Positions 8,668-16,960 of a stretch of 37,570 bases of DNA are shown here, one piece after another. The position numbers and the translations under genes were made by a program. Within the stretch, counting starts at the first letter, position 1. Every line of letters starts with the position of its first letter. Source of the DNA: an uncultured Candidatus Poseidoniales archaeon (GTDB lineage: Archaea; Thermoplasmatota; Poseidoniia; Poseidoniales; Thalassarchaeaceae); contig CAYFGD010000002.1 of assembly GCA_964342715.1 (NCBI GenBank), positions 1-37,570 of the forward strand, read 5' to 3'. The notes beneath the pieces are model-generated. The model saw only the letters and a list, made by a program, of their open reading frames with translations, did no database searches and was not told where the DNA came from.

Positions 8668-11600
8668 ATGACAGTTGAAGGCGCGCAAAAACTCATTCCC
8701 GTTAAAGTCGGGGCGGCTTTTGCAGTATCGATTATGCTAGCCATGTCACTATCGCCGCTTGTACTCACAGAAGGGACTCCGAAGATCCTGGAAGATTACC
8801 ACGATGAAAGGAAGAGCTCGGGAGTTGCACCTTGGTCTGACGGAGGACAGGCCTGGCCACAACCGGGCAGGACTCCGGACAGAATTTCCACTCCGCCCGG
8901 TCATGTACATTCTTCGGATTCGGGAGACGGGCTACTTTCAATAGTCGATCCAGTGATTAACTGGGATTTTGGTTCCGATCCCATAGGCACCGAGTCTCTG
9001 GGCACTCCAATTGCTGATTTCTCCACTTCTCTGACCACTGACCCTTCCTCTGAGGAGAGGTGCGGAGGGGATTCGCTTTACACGATACTTGTGCAGACCG
9101 ACGCTGCATCTGGCGAGAGTTACCTGAGGATAATTGAAGGAGAGGACTCGGATCTAGCCTGGGAGGTCAGTCTGGGAACTACAGAGAAAGTCAAGGCCTC
9201 ACCACTGGTTGTTGATTTGGATGACGATGCAAAGCCCGAGGTGATAGCCGTATATGACCAGGGAGGAGCTCTGAAGGTTGATGCTTGGTCGCCTAGATTA
9301 TTCTGCTCGGTAACGGGATGGGATCCAGGAGTTGGTAGTTCGCAACAGCCTGTCTGGACATGGGAGGACGATGACTTGATGGTGAGCAGTGATGTTGGGG
9401 CTTATGTCAGTGGGTGGCTGGGTGGGCACAAGCCAACTGCTCAGCCACTTCTTGCCGACTTGGACCTCGATGGCGATGCAGAGTTGGTGGTTGCTGCTGT
9501 GAACGAAAACAGTGGTGATCCTGTAATTGTTGCAATGAGTTTGCCTTCGAGCGGATCGCCTGCCACACTGTGGGAGAAGACACTGGACAAGGGCAGCCAT
9601 CCCTCCGACCCCGCATTTGCAAGAACGGATGAGAATACCGGATATGTTGTTCTCACAACTACCGAATACAGCAACGGTGGAATGTGGGTTTGGAGGCTTG
9701 ACTCGTTGACAGGAGATTCTGGATGGGACGGATTGAGTTTGAATAACATAGACGGAGACTCTGATGCACCCCACATCAGACTCCCTGGCCCAGTTGTAGC
9801 CAATCTTGATAGTGATGAGACTCCTGAAATTGTTGTAACCATACCTACTGATGCGGACGGTTCTGGTGCCGTTGATGGTGCAGAGTTCAGAGGGCTAGAA
9901 ATCAGCACTGGCTCCGAGATATGGTCATTTGAAGCGGATAACGGGTACGCTGATGCTCCACCAATTGTTATTGATACGGATGAAGATGGGACTATTGATA
10001 GGGTCTGTTGGGTAACATGGTGGCAAACAGCAACAGCAAGGCACGGAGTCACGGGTTGCCATGATGTTGATGGCTCTAATCCGGAAGAGGCGTGGCACCG
10101 GGATCTCGAGCAGAGCAGCGGGGCTCCGAATGACGAGATTGCGGTCTCACCACCAGTTTGGATGGACATAGATGGAAGCGGGGAGCCCGAGCTTCTTGTC
10201 GCCTACGGGAGATCTCTCTGGGCATTCGATGGAGCGGAGGGGACAGGTTCTGCTATCAACACCGAATGGACCAATGAGCTGGAATTGAATCACCGAACTT
10301 GGTCTTCGCCTGCATTGGCTGACATCGACGGTGACGAAACCCTGGACATCGTCATCGGTAGCACCGTTGTATCTCTTGAGAGGTCGGACGTTAGACCCCT
10401 TCTCGATGGAGGAGGAATAGAGTTGGATCCAACCGCCCCTAGTCCGGGGGAGGATGTGACAGTGTCTGCATTTATCGAGAACTCAGGAACTGGGGCCATA
10501 GACACAGAATTTGATGCGGTACTCTATGCCGATGGAATTGAAATTGGGAGGAGGACATTTACCTCACTGGATCCTGTTGAGCCGACTGGATCGGGCTCCT
10601 TTGAAACATTCAGTGTGGAATGGTCGGGGCCCCTCGGAGACCATGAGTTCATACTGGAGCTAGACAGTTTCGGGAACCTGACCCAGACTAGAACGGACAA
10701 TGACATTGCCAGCAAGATTGTGTCAATTGTTCCCACTTACAATGCTTCTTTCGAGATTCCCACTGAGCCCACTAGAGTCACTCCTGGCAGTAGCACTACC
10801 GCTACCCCGACAGTAAGATCGACAGGGAGGCTAGCTGGGACATGGTCCCTCAGCATAGATGATTCACAGCTACCTGATGGATGGACATGGTCTGACTCAA
10901 CCCCCGGGGGAATTAGCAATATTGAGATTGGGGTGGATGAAACGTGGTCCCCAGACCTTACTATAGACGCACCTTCGGATGCACTGGGTTCAGACTCAGG
11001 ATACCTATCACTCACCCTAACTCTTGATGAGGACTCGAACGTTTCTGTATCCGCGAACCTCCCAATAGAGGCGAATAGAACTAGGGGACTCTCCCTAAGG
11101 GGTCCCGATGGAACCGCCCAGAGCAGTGGATACGGACTGTCTGGTCAAGCAGCGGAAGCGTGGTTCATGGCTGAAAATCTAGGAAATGCAGAGGAAGACC
11201 AGATTCTCCTATCCTGGGACAGCACATCGTGGGGCAACGACCTACGTCTATACGACATGGAAGGCGCCGAAAGATCAGCGTTAATTTTGGGCCCTGGAGA
11301 GGAGTTGGCGCTCGTTGCAACCCTATCCGTTCCTTCCAACGCGCCCGTGGGAGATTCAGTTGGCACGCCTCTAACAATGTGCGTTGGCACAGGCACGGAC
11401 GAGGAGACGTGCCAGACCATTCAATTGACATTCCATTCTTCGAACGTTGTTTCCGGTAATCACATCAGAAGCGTTCCTGCGAATGGGCTCGGATGGTCAA
11501 TAATTTCCGAAATGCCGGATGATGTTGGGACAATCACATGGTCCCTTTCCGAAATGGGGATGGCGCTGCCGGGATGGTCTTGGATGGGGACTGGTGACAT

Positions 11601-14310
11601 TTCAGTTTCGGGAGATTCGATAACGATTTCCGGCTCCCCTGGCGGGGCCTCGTCCGGATCGATAATCGCTAACCTCCCCGAGGATGCTTCTCCTGCATTC
11701 CACTATTTCACAGGAACTAGTCAAGAGTCTTCCGAACACCACCTAATCATAACATTGGAAGTATTGCAGATTTTCAGATCAAACGTGACTGTTATTTCTC
11801 CCCAAGATCAGCCATTTGTGGTTGATGTAGAGGAGGAGTCTCTTGTCGTACTCAGACTTGAGAATCCAGGAAACGGCGATGACATTTACTCGCTTGACTA
11901 TTCAGTGGTCCTAGACTCCAATATTCCCAGTGACCCAGGAGTAGTTGTGGAGTTTTCAATAGGGCAGGTCGTACTTACATCGGGGAGTCTCACCACCGTC
12001 CCAGTTACGGTAACCCTCCCTGAAAGCACGCCCGCTGGAGTGCCCCTGTGGATTGAGTTTACTGCAACTTCACTAGGCGACACCGGAGTGTCATCGTCTG
12101 ACGCCGTTGCCCTTGAGGCTAGGCAGGACCACAGATGGGAAATCGTCGCTAGTGTAGACTCTGTTTCAGTGGCCAATGGGAGTGTTTTCGTCATTAATCC
12201 TGGAGCCTCGCTCTCCCTTGACTTCGATGCGAAAAATGTAGGAAATCTGGAAGATGAGATATATCTCGACGTGGTGACCTCGATCGACCTCGTAGATGGG
12301 GACTCGTCAACTGATTGGAGCTCCAATGGGGACTCAGCGGAAAACGTCGCAGTCAACCAGACGGTTTCGATGAGCATAGTTTCAACCATAGATGCGGAGT
12401 CATGGAGTGGATCATCTATGAATGTCATAGTATCCGCATCCTCCCAAGGGGAAGAGGTAGCTACTTTCTCATTCACTATTGAGGCGGGTCACGTCCCGTC
12501 ATGGAATGCGATTGCTGATCAAGCGAATCTAGAGATTGACCCATTTGGCTCACAAGTAGAGCTTACGGTCGTGCAGACCGGAAACTCCCCAACTAGGGCA
12601 TATGCATCCATGTTCATCACGGGAGAGTCGGGTTGGTCCGTAGACGAGCCGGGTGAGCTCCCTGTCCTTTCGCCGGGGGAAACCGCGCCACTTATCCTGA
12701 ACATAACGCCCCCGGAAAACGCAGTCCATGGGAGGGCGGTGGAACTTCACCTTCGACTGAGGGAAGGGGATGCTAGTGTGGTCTCCGAGATAGTTTTCCC
12801 ACTCAGGGTAGCAGTCACACACGATTTCACCCTATCAGGCGAGGGAGGGTGGCTGGTGAGTGATTTGGGAGGCCATCCATTGGCCATGCTCGAGAATCTT
12901 GGTAACGCTCCTAGCACCATCTCATTGCAAGTACTGAGTCTGCCACTTGGTTGGTCCGTTTCAGGTAGGACCGAGGTTGTTCTGGGAGTGGGAGAAATTA
13001 CCGGCGTACCTCTAGAACTGATGCCCAGTGAAGACTGGGATGGAAGTGTAAAGACCATACGAATATTGGCAGAGGATATAGCAGGGAACCAAAGGGAAAT
13101 CAATCTGGATACCGAGGAGGGGGATTTTTCATGGGCTAATTCCCCTGTAATAGTCTCCACCAGTGGCGATAGGGCACTTTTAGAGATTCACGGAACTACC
13201 GCAGGGTCCAGCGTTATAGATTCAGTTTCAGGCTCATTGAGTTGGAGTACACTAGGTGGTTGGGCATGGCCCGCTACATCCAGTGGAAGTGGCACGATAT
13301 CAGTTTCATCTGGTTCGTACCAAGGAGAGTTGGCGTACAAGTCAATAGTAGTGGAGCCGGCCACCAGGGGTGCCAGTTGCACAGTTTATGGGAGCATTGG
13401 AGAAGTTACAGCAAGTTGCACGATTGGAAATGGTACCGACGCCTTTGACTACGCAATAATTCTAATTGATGACCTAGGAGACATGATGGTTTCCCAGGCC
13501 GGAACTGTAGGAAGAAACTCGACTGCAATGGTCAACCTGACCTCTGATGAATGGGATCCGCTTCCTGGCAATAGGGATATTACGATCAGATTGCTGGACT
13601 CTAGGGGGATCCTAGTGACTTCCCACACTCAGACATTCGAAGTGCGCCGAACAGATTGGAATGTTGGTTTGGTTGAGTTGGAACTGGATGGGCAGGGGGC
13701 TGGCCAGAAAATTGAAATTTCGACGAGGAGGGAGAACTACGAATTGCTCCCACCCGGGACGCAGTGTAGTATCTTCATCGAAGCTGGAGAAGATTACAAC
13801 TCCGTCCACATGGTGGATATGACTTCTGCAAATGCTCTAGCGCCTAAGCCATCGATAGATAGGCCGGACGTTGAGGATGGAACCGAGATGGTCGCAACGA
13901 TAAGATGCGATTTCCCATGGGACCAAGATTCCGATCCTTCAGATAACGAAGCCAGAGTGATTCTTTCCGGGGGCGAAGAATTAGAAAGCGGGATTAGTGA
14001 TTCAAGCACCGCCGTTGCCGCGGCTGCAATGGTTATTGGTGCTTCGATTGCACTTTCTTGGATGGTAAGCAATTACAGGGAAGGCAGAGAGATGATGGAG
14101 AAGACTAGGTTGGCGGTGGAGAAGAAGGCCCTTGAGAAGAGGGCAGCACTAAAAGAGAAGGATATCGCCAAAGAGAATGAGGTATTGCCTGAATCCACCG
14201 AGAAGGATAACGATGAGGGGGTTCCAGAAGGACCTTCCAGACAGCCTTCTTCAGAAATTCAGGATGATTCATTCGAAAGCCGACTAAACAGACTCATGGG
14301 CGAAAGGTAA
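8668..14310 (+). CDS. Giant surface protein: signal peptide, FG-GAP/integrin-alpha-like propeller repeats, CARDB and NxGN beta-sandwich modules, C-terminal TM and charged cytoplasmic tail
   Basis: There are repeated FG-GAP-type Ca-binding loops (DLDDDAKPEVIAV, DLDLDGDAELVVA, NLDSDETPEIVV, DTDEDGTIDRV, DIDGSGEPELLVA, DIDGDETLDIVIG). A CARDB-like module is present (GEDVTVSAFIENSGTGAID...NDIASKIV). Later modules carry ENLGNAEED, ENPGNGDD, KNVGNLEDE and ENLGNAPST. The TM helix is AVAAAAMVIGASIALSWMVS (14011-14070), followed by a K/E-rich tail. ATG 8668 precedes a signal-like segment, and GTG 8614 is the alternative start. Confidence 0.85.
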   Translation: MTVEGAQKLIPVKVGAAFAVSIMLAMSLSPLVLTEGTPKILEDYHDERKSSGVAPWSDGGQAWPQPGRTPDRISTPPGHVHSSDSGDGLLSIVDPVINWDFGSDPIGTESLGTPIADFSTSLTTDPSSEERCGGDSLYTILVQTDAASGESYLRIIEGEDSDLAWEVSLGTTEKVKASPLVVDLDDDAKPEVIAVYDQGGALKVDAWSPRLFCSVTGWDPGVGSSQQPVWTWEDDDLMVSSDVGAYVSGWLGGHKPTAQPLLADLDLDGDAELVVAAVNENSGDPVIVAMSLPSSGSPATLWEKTLDKGSHPSDPAFARTDENTGYVVLTTTEYSNGGMWVWRLDSLTGDSGWDGLSLNNIDGDSDAPHIRLPGPVVANLDSDETPEIVVTIPTDADGSGAVDGAEFRGLEISTGSEIWSFEADNGYADAPPIVIDTDEDGTIDRVCWVTWWQTATARHGVTGCHDVDGSNPEEAWHRDLEQSSGAPNDEIAVSPPVWMDIDGSGEPELLVAYGRSLWAFDGAEGTGSAINTEWTNELELNHRTWSSPALADIDGDETLDIVIGSTVVSLERSDVRPLLDGGGIELDPTAPSPGEDVTVSAFIENSGTGAIDTEFDAVLYADGIEIGRRTFTSLDPVEPTGSGSFETFSVEWSGPLGDHEFILELDSFGNLTQTRTDNDIASKIVSIVPTYNASFEIPTEPTRVTPGSSTTATPTVRSTGRLAGTWSLSIDDSQLPDGWTWSDSTPGGISNIEIGVDETWSPDLTIDAPSDALGSDSGYLSLTLTLDEDSNVSVSANLPIEANRTRGLSLRGPDGTAQSSGYGLSGQAAEAWFMAENLGNAEEDQILLSWDSTSWGNDLRLYDMEGAERSALILGPGEELALVATLSVPSNAPVGDSVGTPLTMCVGTGTDEETCQTIQLTFHSSNVVSGNHIRSVPANGLGWSIISEMPDDVGTITWSLSEMGMALPGWSWMGTGDISVSGDSITISGSPGGASSGSIIANLPEDASPAFHYFTGTSQESSEHHLIITLEVLQIFRSNVTVISPQDQPFVVDVEEESLVVLRLENPGNGDDIYSLDYSVVLDSNIPSDPGVVVEFSIGQVVLTSGSLTTVPVTVTLPESTPAGVPLWIEFTATSLGDTGVSSSDAVALEARQDHRWEIVASVDSVSVANGSVFVINPGASLSLDFDAKNVGNLEDEIYLDVVTSIDLVDGDSSTDWSSNGDSAENVAVNQTVSMSIVSTIDAESWSGSSMNVIVSASSQGEEVATFSFTIEAGHVPSWNAIADQANLEIDPFGSQVELTVVQTGNSPTRAYASMFITGESGWSVDEPGELPVLSPGETAPLILNITPPENAVHGRAVELHLRLREGDASVVSEIVFPLRVAVTHDFTLSGEGGWLVSDLGGHPLAMLENLGNAPSTISLQVLSLPLGWSVSGRTEVVLGVGEITGVPLELMPSEDWDGSVKTIRILAEDIAGNQREINLDTEEGDFSWANSPVIVSTSGDRALLEIHGTTAGSSVIDSVSGSLSWSTLGGWAWPATSSGSGTISVSSGSYQGELAYKSIVVEPATRGASCTVYGSIGEVTASCTIGNGTDAFDYAIILIDDLGDMMVSQAGTVGRNSTAMVNLTSDEWDPLPGNRDITIRLLDSRGILVTSHTQTFEVRRTDWNVGLVELELDGQGAGQKIEISTRRENYELLPPGTQCSIFIEAGEDYNSVHMVDMTSANALAPKPSIDRPDVEDGTEMVATIRCDFPWDQDSDPSDNEARVILSGGEELESGISDSSTAVAAAAMVIGASIALSWMVSNYREGREMMEKTRLAVEKKALEKRAALKEKDIAKENEVLPESTEKDNDEGVPEGPSRQPSSEIQDDSFESRLNRLMGER
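9061..10383 (+). repeat. FG-GAP-like repeat region (protein-level repeats inside the 8668-14310 CDS)
   Basis: Six or more D-x-D-x-D-G/x-x-P/x-E-hydrophobic loops recur at roughly 60-90 aa spacing between about aa 150 and 590 of the ORF-track translation. Confidence 0.6.
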
Positions 14311-14324
14311 TTCGGGGTTACTCA

Positions 14325-14951
14325 ATGTCTAGAGCTCCTCCGACTTCCGCATTCTACACCTTCGATCCCATAGCTGTGGATTTGATTGAACTGGTACCTC
14401 CAATTCAAGCATCCATGGGTGGCGATCACTTGGAGTTGATTTCCATGTGCCCTCTATCAACAGACATCCAGAGCCTCCGCCAGGGAGAAGAGGCTCCCTT
14501 TGACCCTGCGACATTGCTATACCTGGCTAGCGGAGACTGGGGGCCAGAGGGAGGCATGGCTGAGCCTCTTGACTCAATGGCAACCAGGGAGAAGCTCGGT
14601 AGGTTTCCCTGTGACGATGGCAATGTAATTTCTTACTTGATGTCTTTCACTAGGCAGAGGGGGGACATGGCTTCATTGCACGAACTACTTGCTAAGCTCG
14701 GTGACGGACTATCGGAGGAGAATCTCGGAGAGCCGGGATTCCGAGATGGTTTCGGGGGAATGTCACTTCTCGGTTGGATTAACGCACTGGAAGTTAGCGA
14801 GCTAAGGTCTTCGATACGTTCTGACAGATGGACTACATTGGGCGATGAGCCGCTTGATGGGGGAGTCGACTTTGGATTCAGACACCTCCTGTCAATACTT
14901 AGGTCGGCAGAAAAAAGGGGTTGCGGCATACTTATGAGAAAGCATTCATGA
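14325..14951 (+). CDS. Hypothetical acidic cytoplasmic protein
   Basis: 208-aa ORF that starts 14 nt after the giant gene's stop on the same strand. It has no TM segment and no motif I recognise. Its stop abuts the purC stop with zero spacer. Confidence 0.55.
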   Translation: MSRAPPTSAFYTFDPIAVDLIELVPPIQASMGGDHLELISMCPLSTDIQSLRQGEEAPFDPATLLYLASGDWGPEGGMAEPLDSMATREKLGRFPCDDGNVISYLMSFTRQRGDMASLHELLAKLGDGLSEENLGEPGFRDGFGGMSLLGWINALEVSELRSSIRSDRWTTLGDEPLDGGVDFGFRHLLSILRSAEKRGCGILMRKHS

Positions 14952-15896
14952 TCAGAATTTTTTCCCAGTAAGCCTCTCGTACATCTCGGAGTACAGATTT
15001 GCAGTCCTGGAGATGATTTCTTCGGGCAGGGGAGGTATTGGTGGCTCTGGCGAACCTGACGCCCTGGCCTCGTAGAGTTCGCTGTGGTGTCCGGTACCGA
15101 GGTAGTGCTCTCGAACGAATTCCTTAGACAATGACACAATCTCTCCGCCCTCATATGTTTCGGCATCCCACCAACGATCCTCATCCAAGGTGCCAAAGGA
15201 GTCGACTAGAACTGGCTTCCTTCCAACCCCTAGTGCAAACTCCTTCTTGCCATCGACATGAATTAGGCCTCTAGCGGAGGCCTCTCTCTCAATAATCGCA
15301 TCTATGGCAAGAACACACTCAAGTATTGAGTCGAACTCATCTTCAGTGAGATTTGAGATCTCAAGTGCTTCCTCTCTGTCGAGGAGCCTATCGAACTTCT
15401 CGAACTTAGTTGATACCTCTAAGTAAGGTCTAGGGAGCTTGACTCCCATTTTAAGAGAAAGCCCGGGTTCAAAACCGAACTCCTCTGAACCAACCTCTCC
15501 TCTTTCGTACCTCCTCCATCCGGACCCTGCAAGGTAATGCCTGCAAATCACCTCCAATGGGACGAATACATTCTCCATGTCCCTCGGAATGGCGCCCGGT
15601 TCTTTGATTACCTCGAATTTCTTTGCTAGGCACCGATCGGGGGCGTTCATCTCAATCAGGTGAGTTTCACATATCCCCTCTTCTTCGACAAGACCGAACC
15701 AATGGCATGTAGTTCTATTGAGGCTCTCCCCCTTCCTTGGAACCAGGCTTGGGATGATTTGATCGAATACGCTAATCTGATCGGTGTACCTAAACTCGAT
15801 AACCCCGGATTCATCGGTACTCCAAACCTGCTTCACCTTTCCCTGATACATCATCTCCGCCATGTCACGTTTCGGAGGGAGCACGACGATGAACAT
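14952..15896 (-). CDS. purC: Phosphoribosylaminoimidazole-succinocarboxamide (SAICAR) synthase
   Basis: YQGKVKQVW...IEFRYTDQISVFD and the later LIHVDGKKEFAL and DE.RWWD motifs are typical of the long-form PurC. The start may be the downstream Met (MAEMMYQGK). Confidence 0.85.
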   Translation of the reverse strand: MFIVVLPPKRDMAEMMYQGKVKQVWSTDESGVIEFRYTDQISVFDQIIPSLVPRKGESLNRTTCHWFGLVEEEGICETHLIEMNAPDRCLAKKFEVIKEPGAIPRDMENVFVPLEVICRHYLAGSGWRRYERGEVGSEEFGFEPGLSLKMGVKLPRPYLEVSTKFEKFDRLLDREEALEISNLTEDEFDSILECVLAIDAIIEREASARGLIHVDGKKEFALGVGRKPVLVDSFGTLDEDRWWDAETYEGGEIVSLSKEFVREHYLGTGHHSELYEARASGSPEPPIPPLPEEIISRTANLYSEMYERLTGKKF

Positions 15897-15909
15897 TACT
15901 GACGTGAGT

Positions 15910-16887
15910 TCAGTCCTTTCTAGCCGCTTCCCTCAATATGAACACTGATAGAATGAAAATAGCTACTATTCTCAAATCAAAATCGGATTCATCCACGCCG
16001 GGTATACCCAAGTCAAATAGTTCGGATGCTGAATCAATATCGGGAGACTCGGTGGATGAAAGTATCACGTTCCCTCCAACATGATATGGAGAAGAAGACA
16101 TGAAGTCACCGGGGACCTGATCTGCTGTAACCGAGGCCATTGCGATATCACATAAATCGGATTCGGTCAAGTCGCTGAGGACATTTTCGAAGACTCCGCT
16201 ATCATGACTGTAAAGGGTGAGTTCTACACCATAGTGGCTAGCTATACTATTGGCAATCATCTCCGCCATGTCAACCTCAAATCCAACCAATTCCCCATTG
16301 TCACCAAGCCTAGTCATAGAGGTGTCTTGGTTCAGCATACAAACGCCCAAGTCTGCATCCTCGAACAATATCCTGTGGAGTGTGCCTCCTTCAGTTGGAG
16401 TAGGCCATGAATCCTCGTAGGATTCAAAATCCGAGAAGTCCAATTGGGGCCTGTCCGAAAACCAAAGTTGGTGTGTGGAAATGGCCGTTCCTCTCTGGTG
16501 GATGTCTGCCAATGCTGAGTTAACTGCATACCTTAGTTCTTCATTACCCGATTCCTGAGAGTTGTCGGACCTCATCATGGCGATGAAATATTCGGAAATA
16601 TCAAACATCTCATCTACGGTAATTGTGGACCATTGAGCTATCATCTCGGAGTCTGTCAAAATTTTATGAGGGCCGATGACGAAGTCGACCTCCCCGTCCC
16701 TCAGGGATCTAAGTGCGAATTGTACATCCTCAAACTCTACTTCTTGTAAATCGGGATTATGGGCAACTAAATGGGAGGAGTCTTCTCCTGAAATGGTGCC
16801 AATGGAGTAGGTTGCTTCTGCCACTACAGGTAGCCATGAACAAGAGAGCAATATCGGGACAATTATGATGGCGGCAGTCCCTCTCAT
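15910..16887 (-). CDS. Polar amino-acid ABC transporter substrate-binding protein (SBP family 3-like), signal peptide plus C-terminal TM anchor, apparently permuted domain order
   Basis: The SBP_bac_3 hallmark GFEVDMAEMIANSIA...DIAMASVT...SSPY occurs late (aa ~200-270). The normally C-terminal elements (GEVDFVIGP..., NEELRYAVNSALADIHQRGT...LWF) occur early (aa ~60-143). N-terminal signal is MRGTAAIIIVPILLSCSWLPVVAEA and the C-terminal TM is LRIVAIFILSVFIL+REAARKD. It is divergent from the permease/ATPase genes. Confidence 0.65.
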   Translation of the reverse strand: MRGTAAIIIVPILLSCSWLPVVAEATYSIGTISGEDSSHLVAHNPDLQEVEFEDVQFALRSLRDGEVDFVIGPHKILTDSEMIAQWSTITVDEMFDISEYFIAMMRSDNSQESGNEELRYAVNSALADIHQRGTAISTHQLWFSDRPQLDFSDFESYEDSWPTPTEGGTLHRILFEDADLGVCMLNQDTSMTRLGDNGELVGFEVDMAEMIANSIASHYGVELTLYSHDSGVFENVLSDLTESDLCDIAMASVTADQVPGDFMSSSPYHVGGNVILSSTESPDIDSASELFDLGIPGVDESDFDLRIVAIFILSVFILREAARKD

Positions 16888-16960
16888 GAAGTAATCAGGA
16901 GGGGTTTTGACTTAGAATTGGCGGTCCGCCTAGACTATATCCAAGGAAGAATGCCAAGCA

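Noticed and set aside
9441-10169. 242-aa minus-strand ORF, plus several other 60-190-aa ORFs between 9298 and 14072
   Set aside because: All lie antisense or out of frame inside the 5.6-kb FG-GAP/CARDB gene. They are low-complexity S/P-rich shadow ORFs.
14633-15196. 187-aa minus-strand ORF spanning the junction of the 208-aa gene and purC
   Set aside because: It is out of frame with purC and antisense to 14325-14951. It is Ser/Pro/Arg-rich, and purC motifs support the other frame.
15931-16000. Possible PGF-CTERM/archaeosortase signal at the SBP C-terminus (IPGV...TM...REAARKD)
   Set aside because: The PGV tripeptide is separated from the TM helix by an acidic stretch, unlike the contiguous PGF-TM-basic signal. 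A plain C-terminal TM anchor is the simpler reading.
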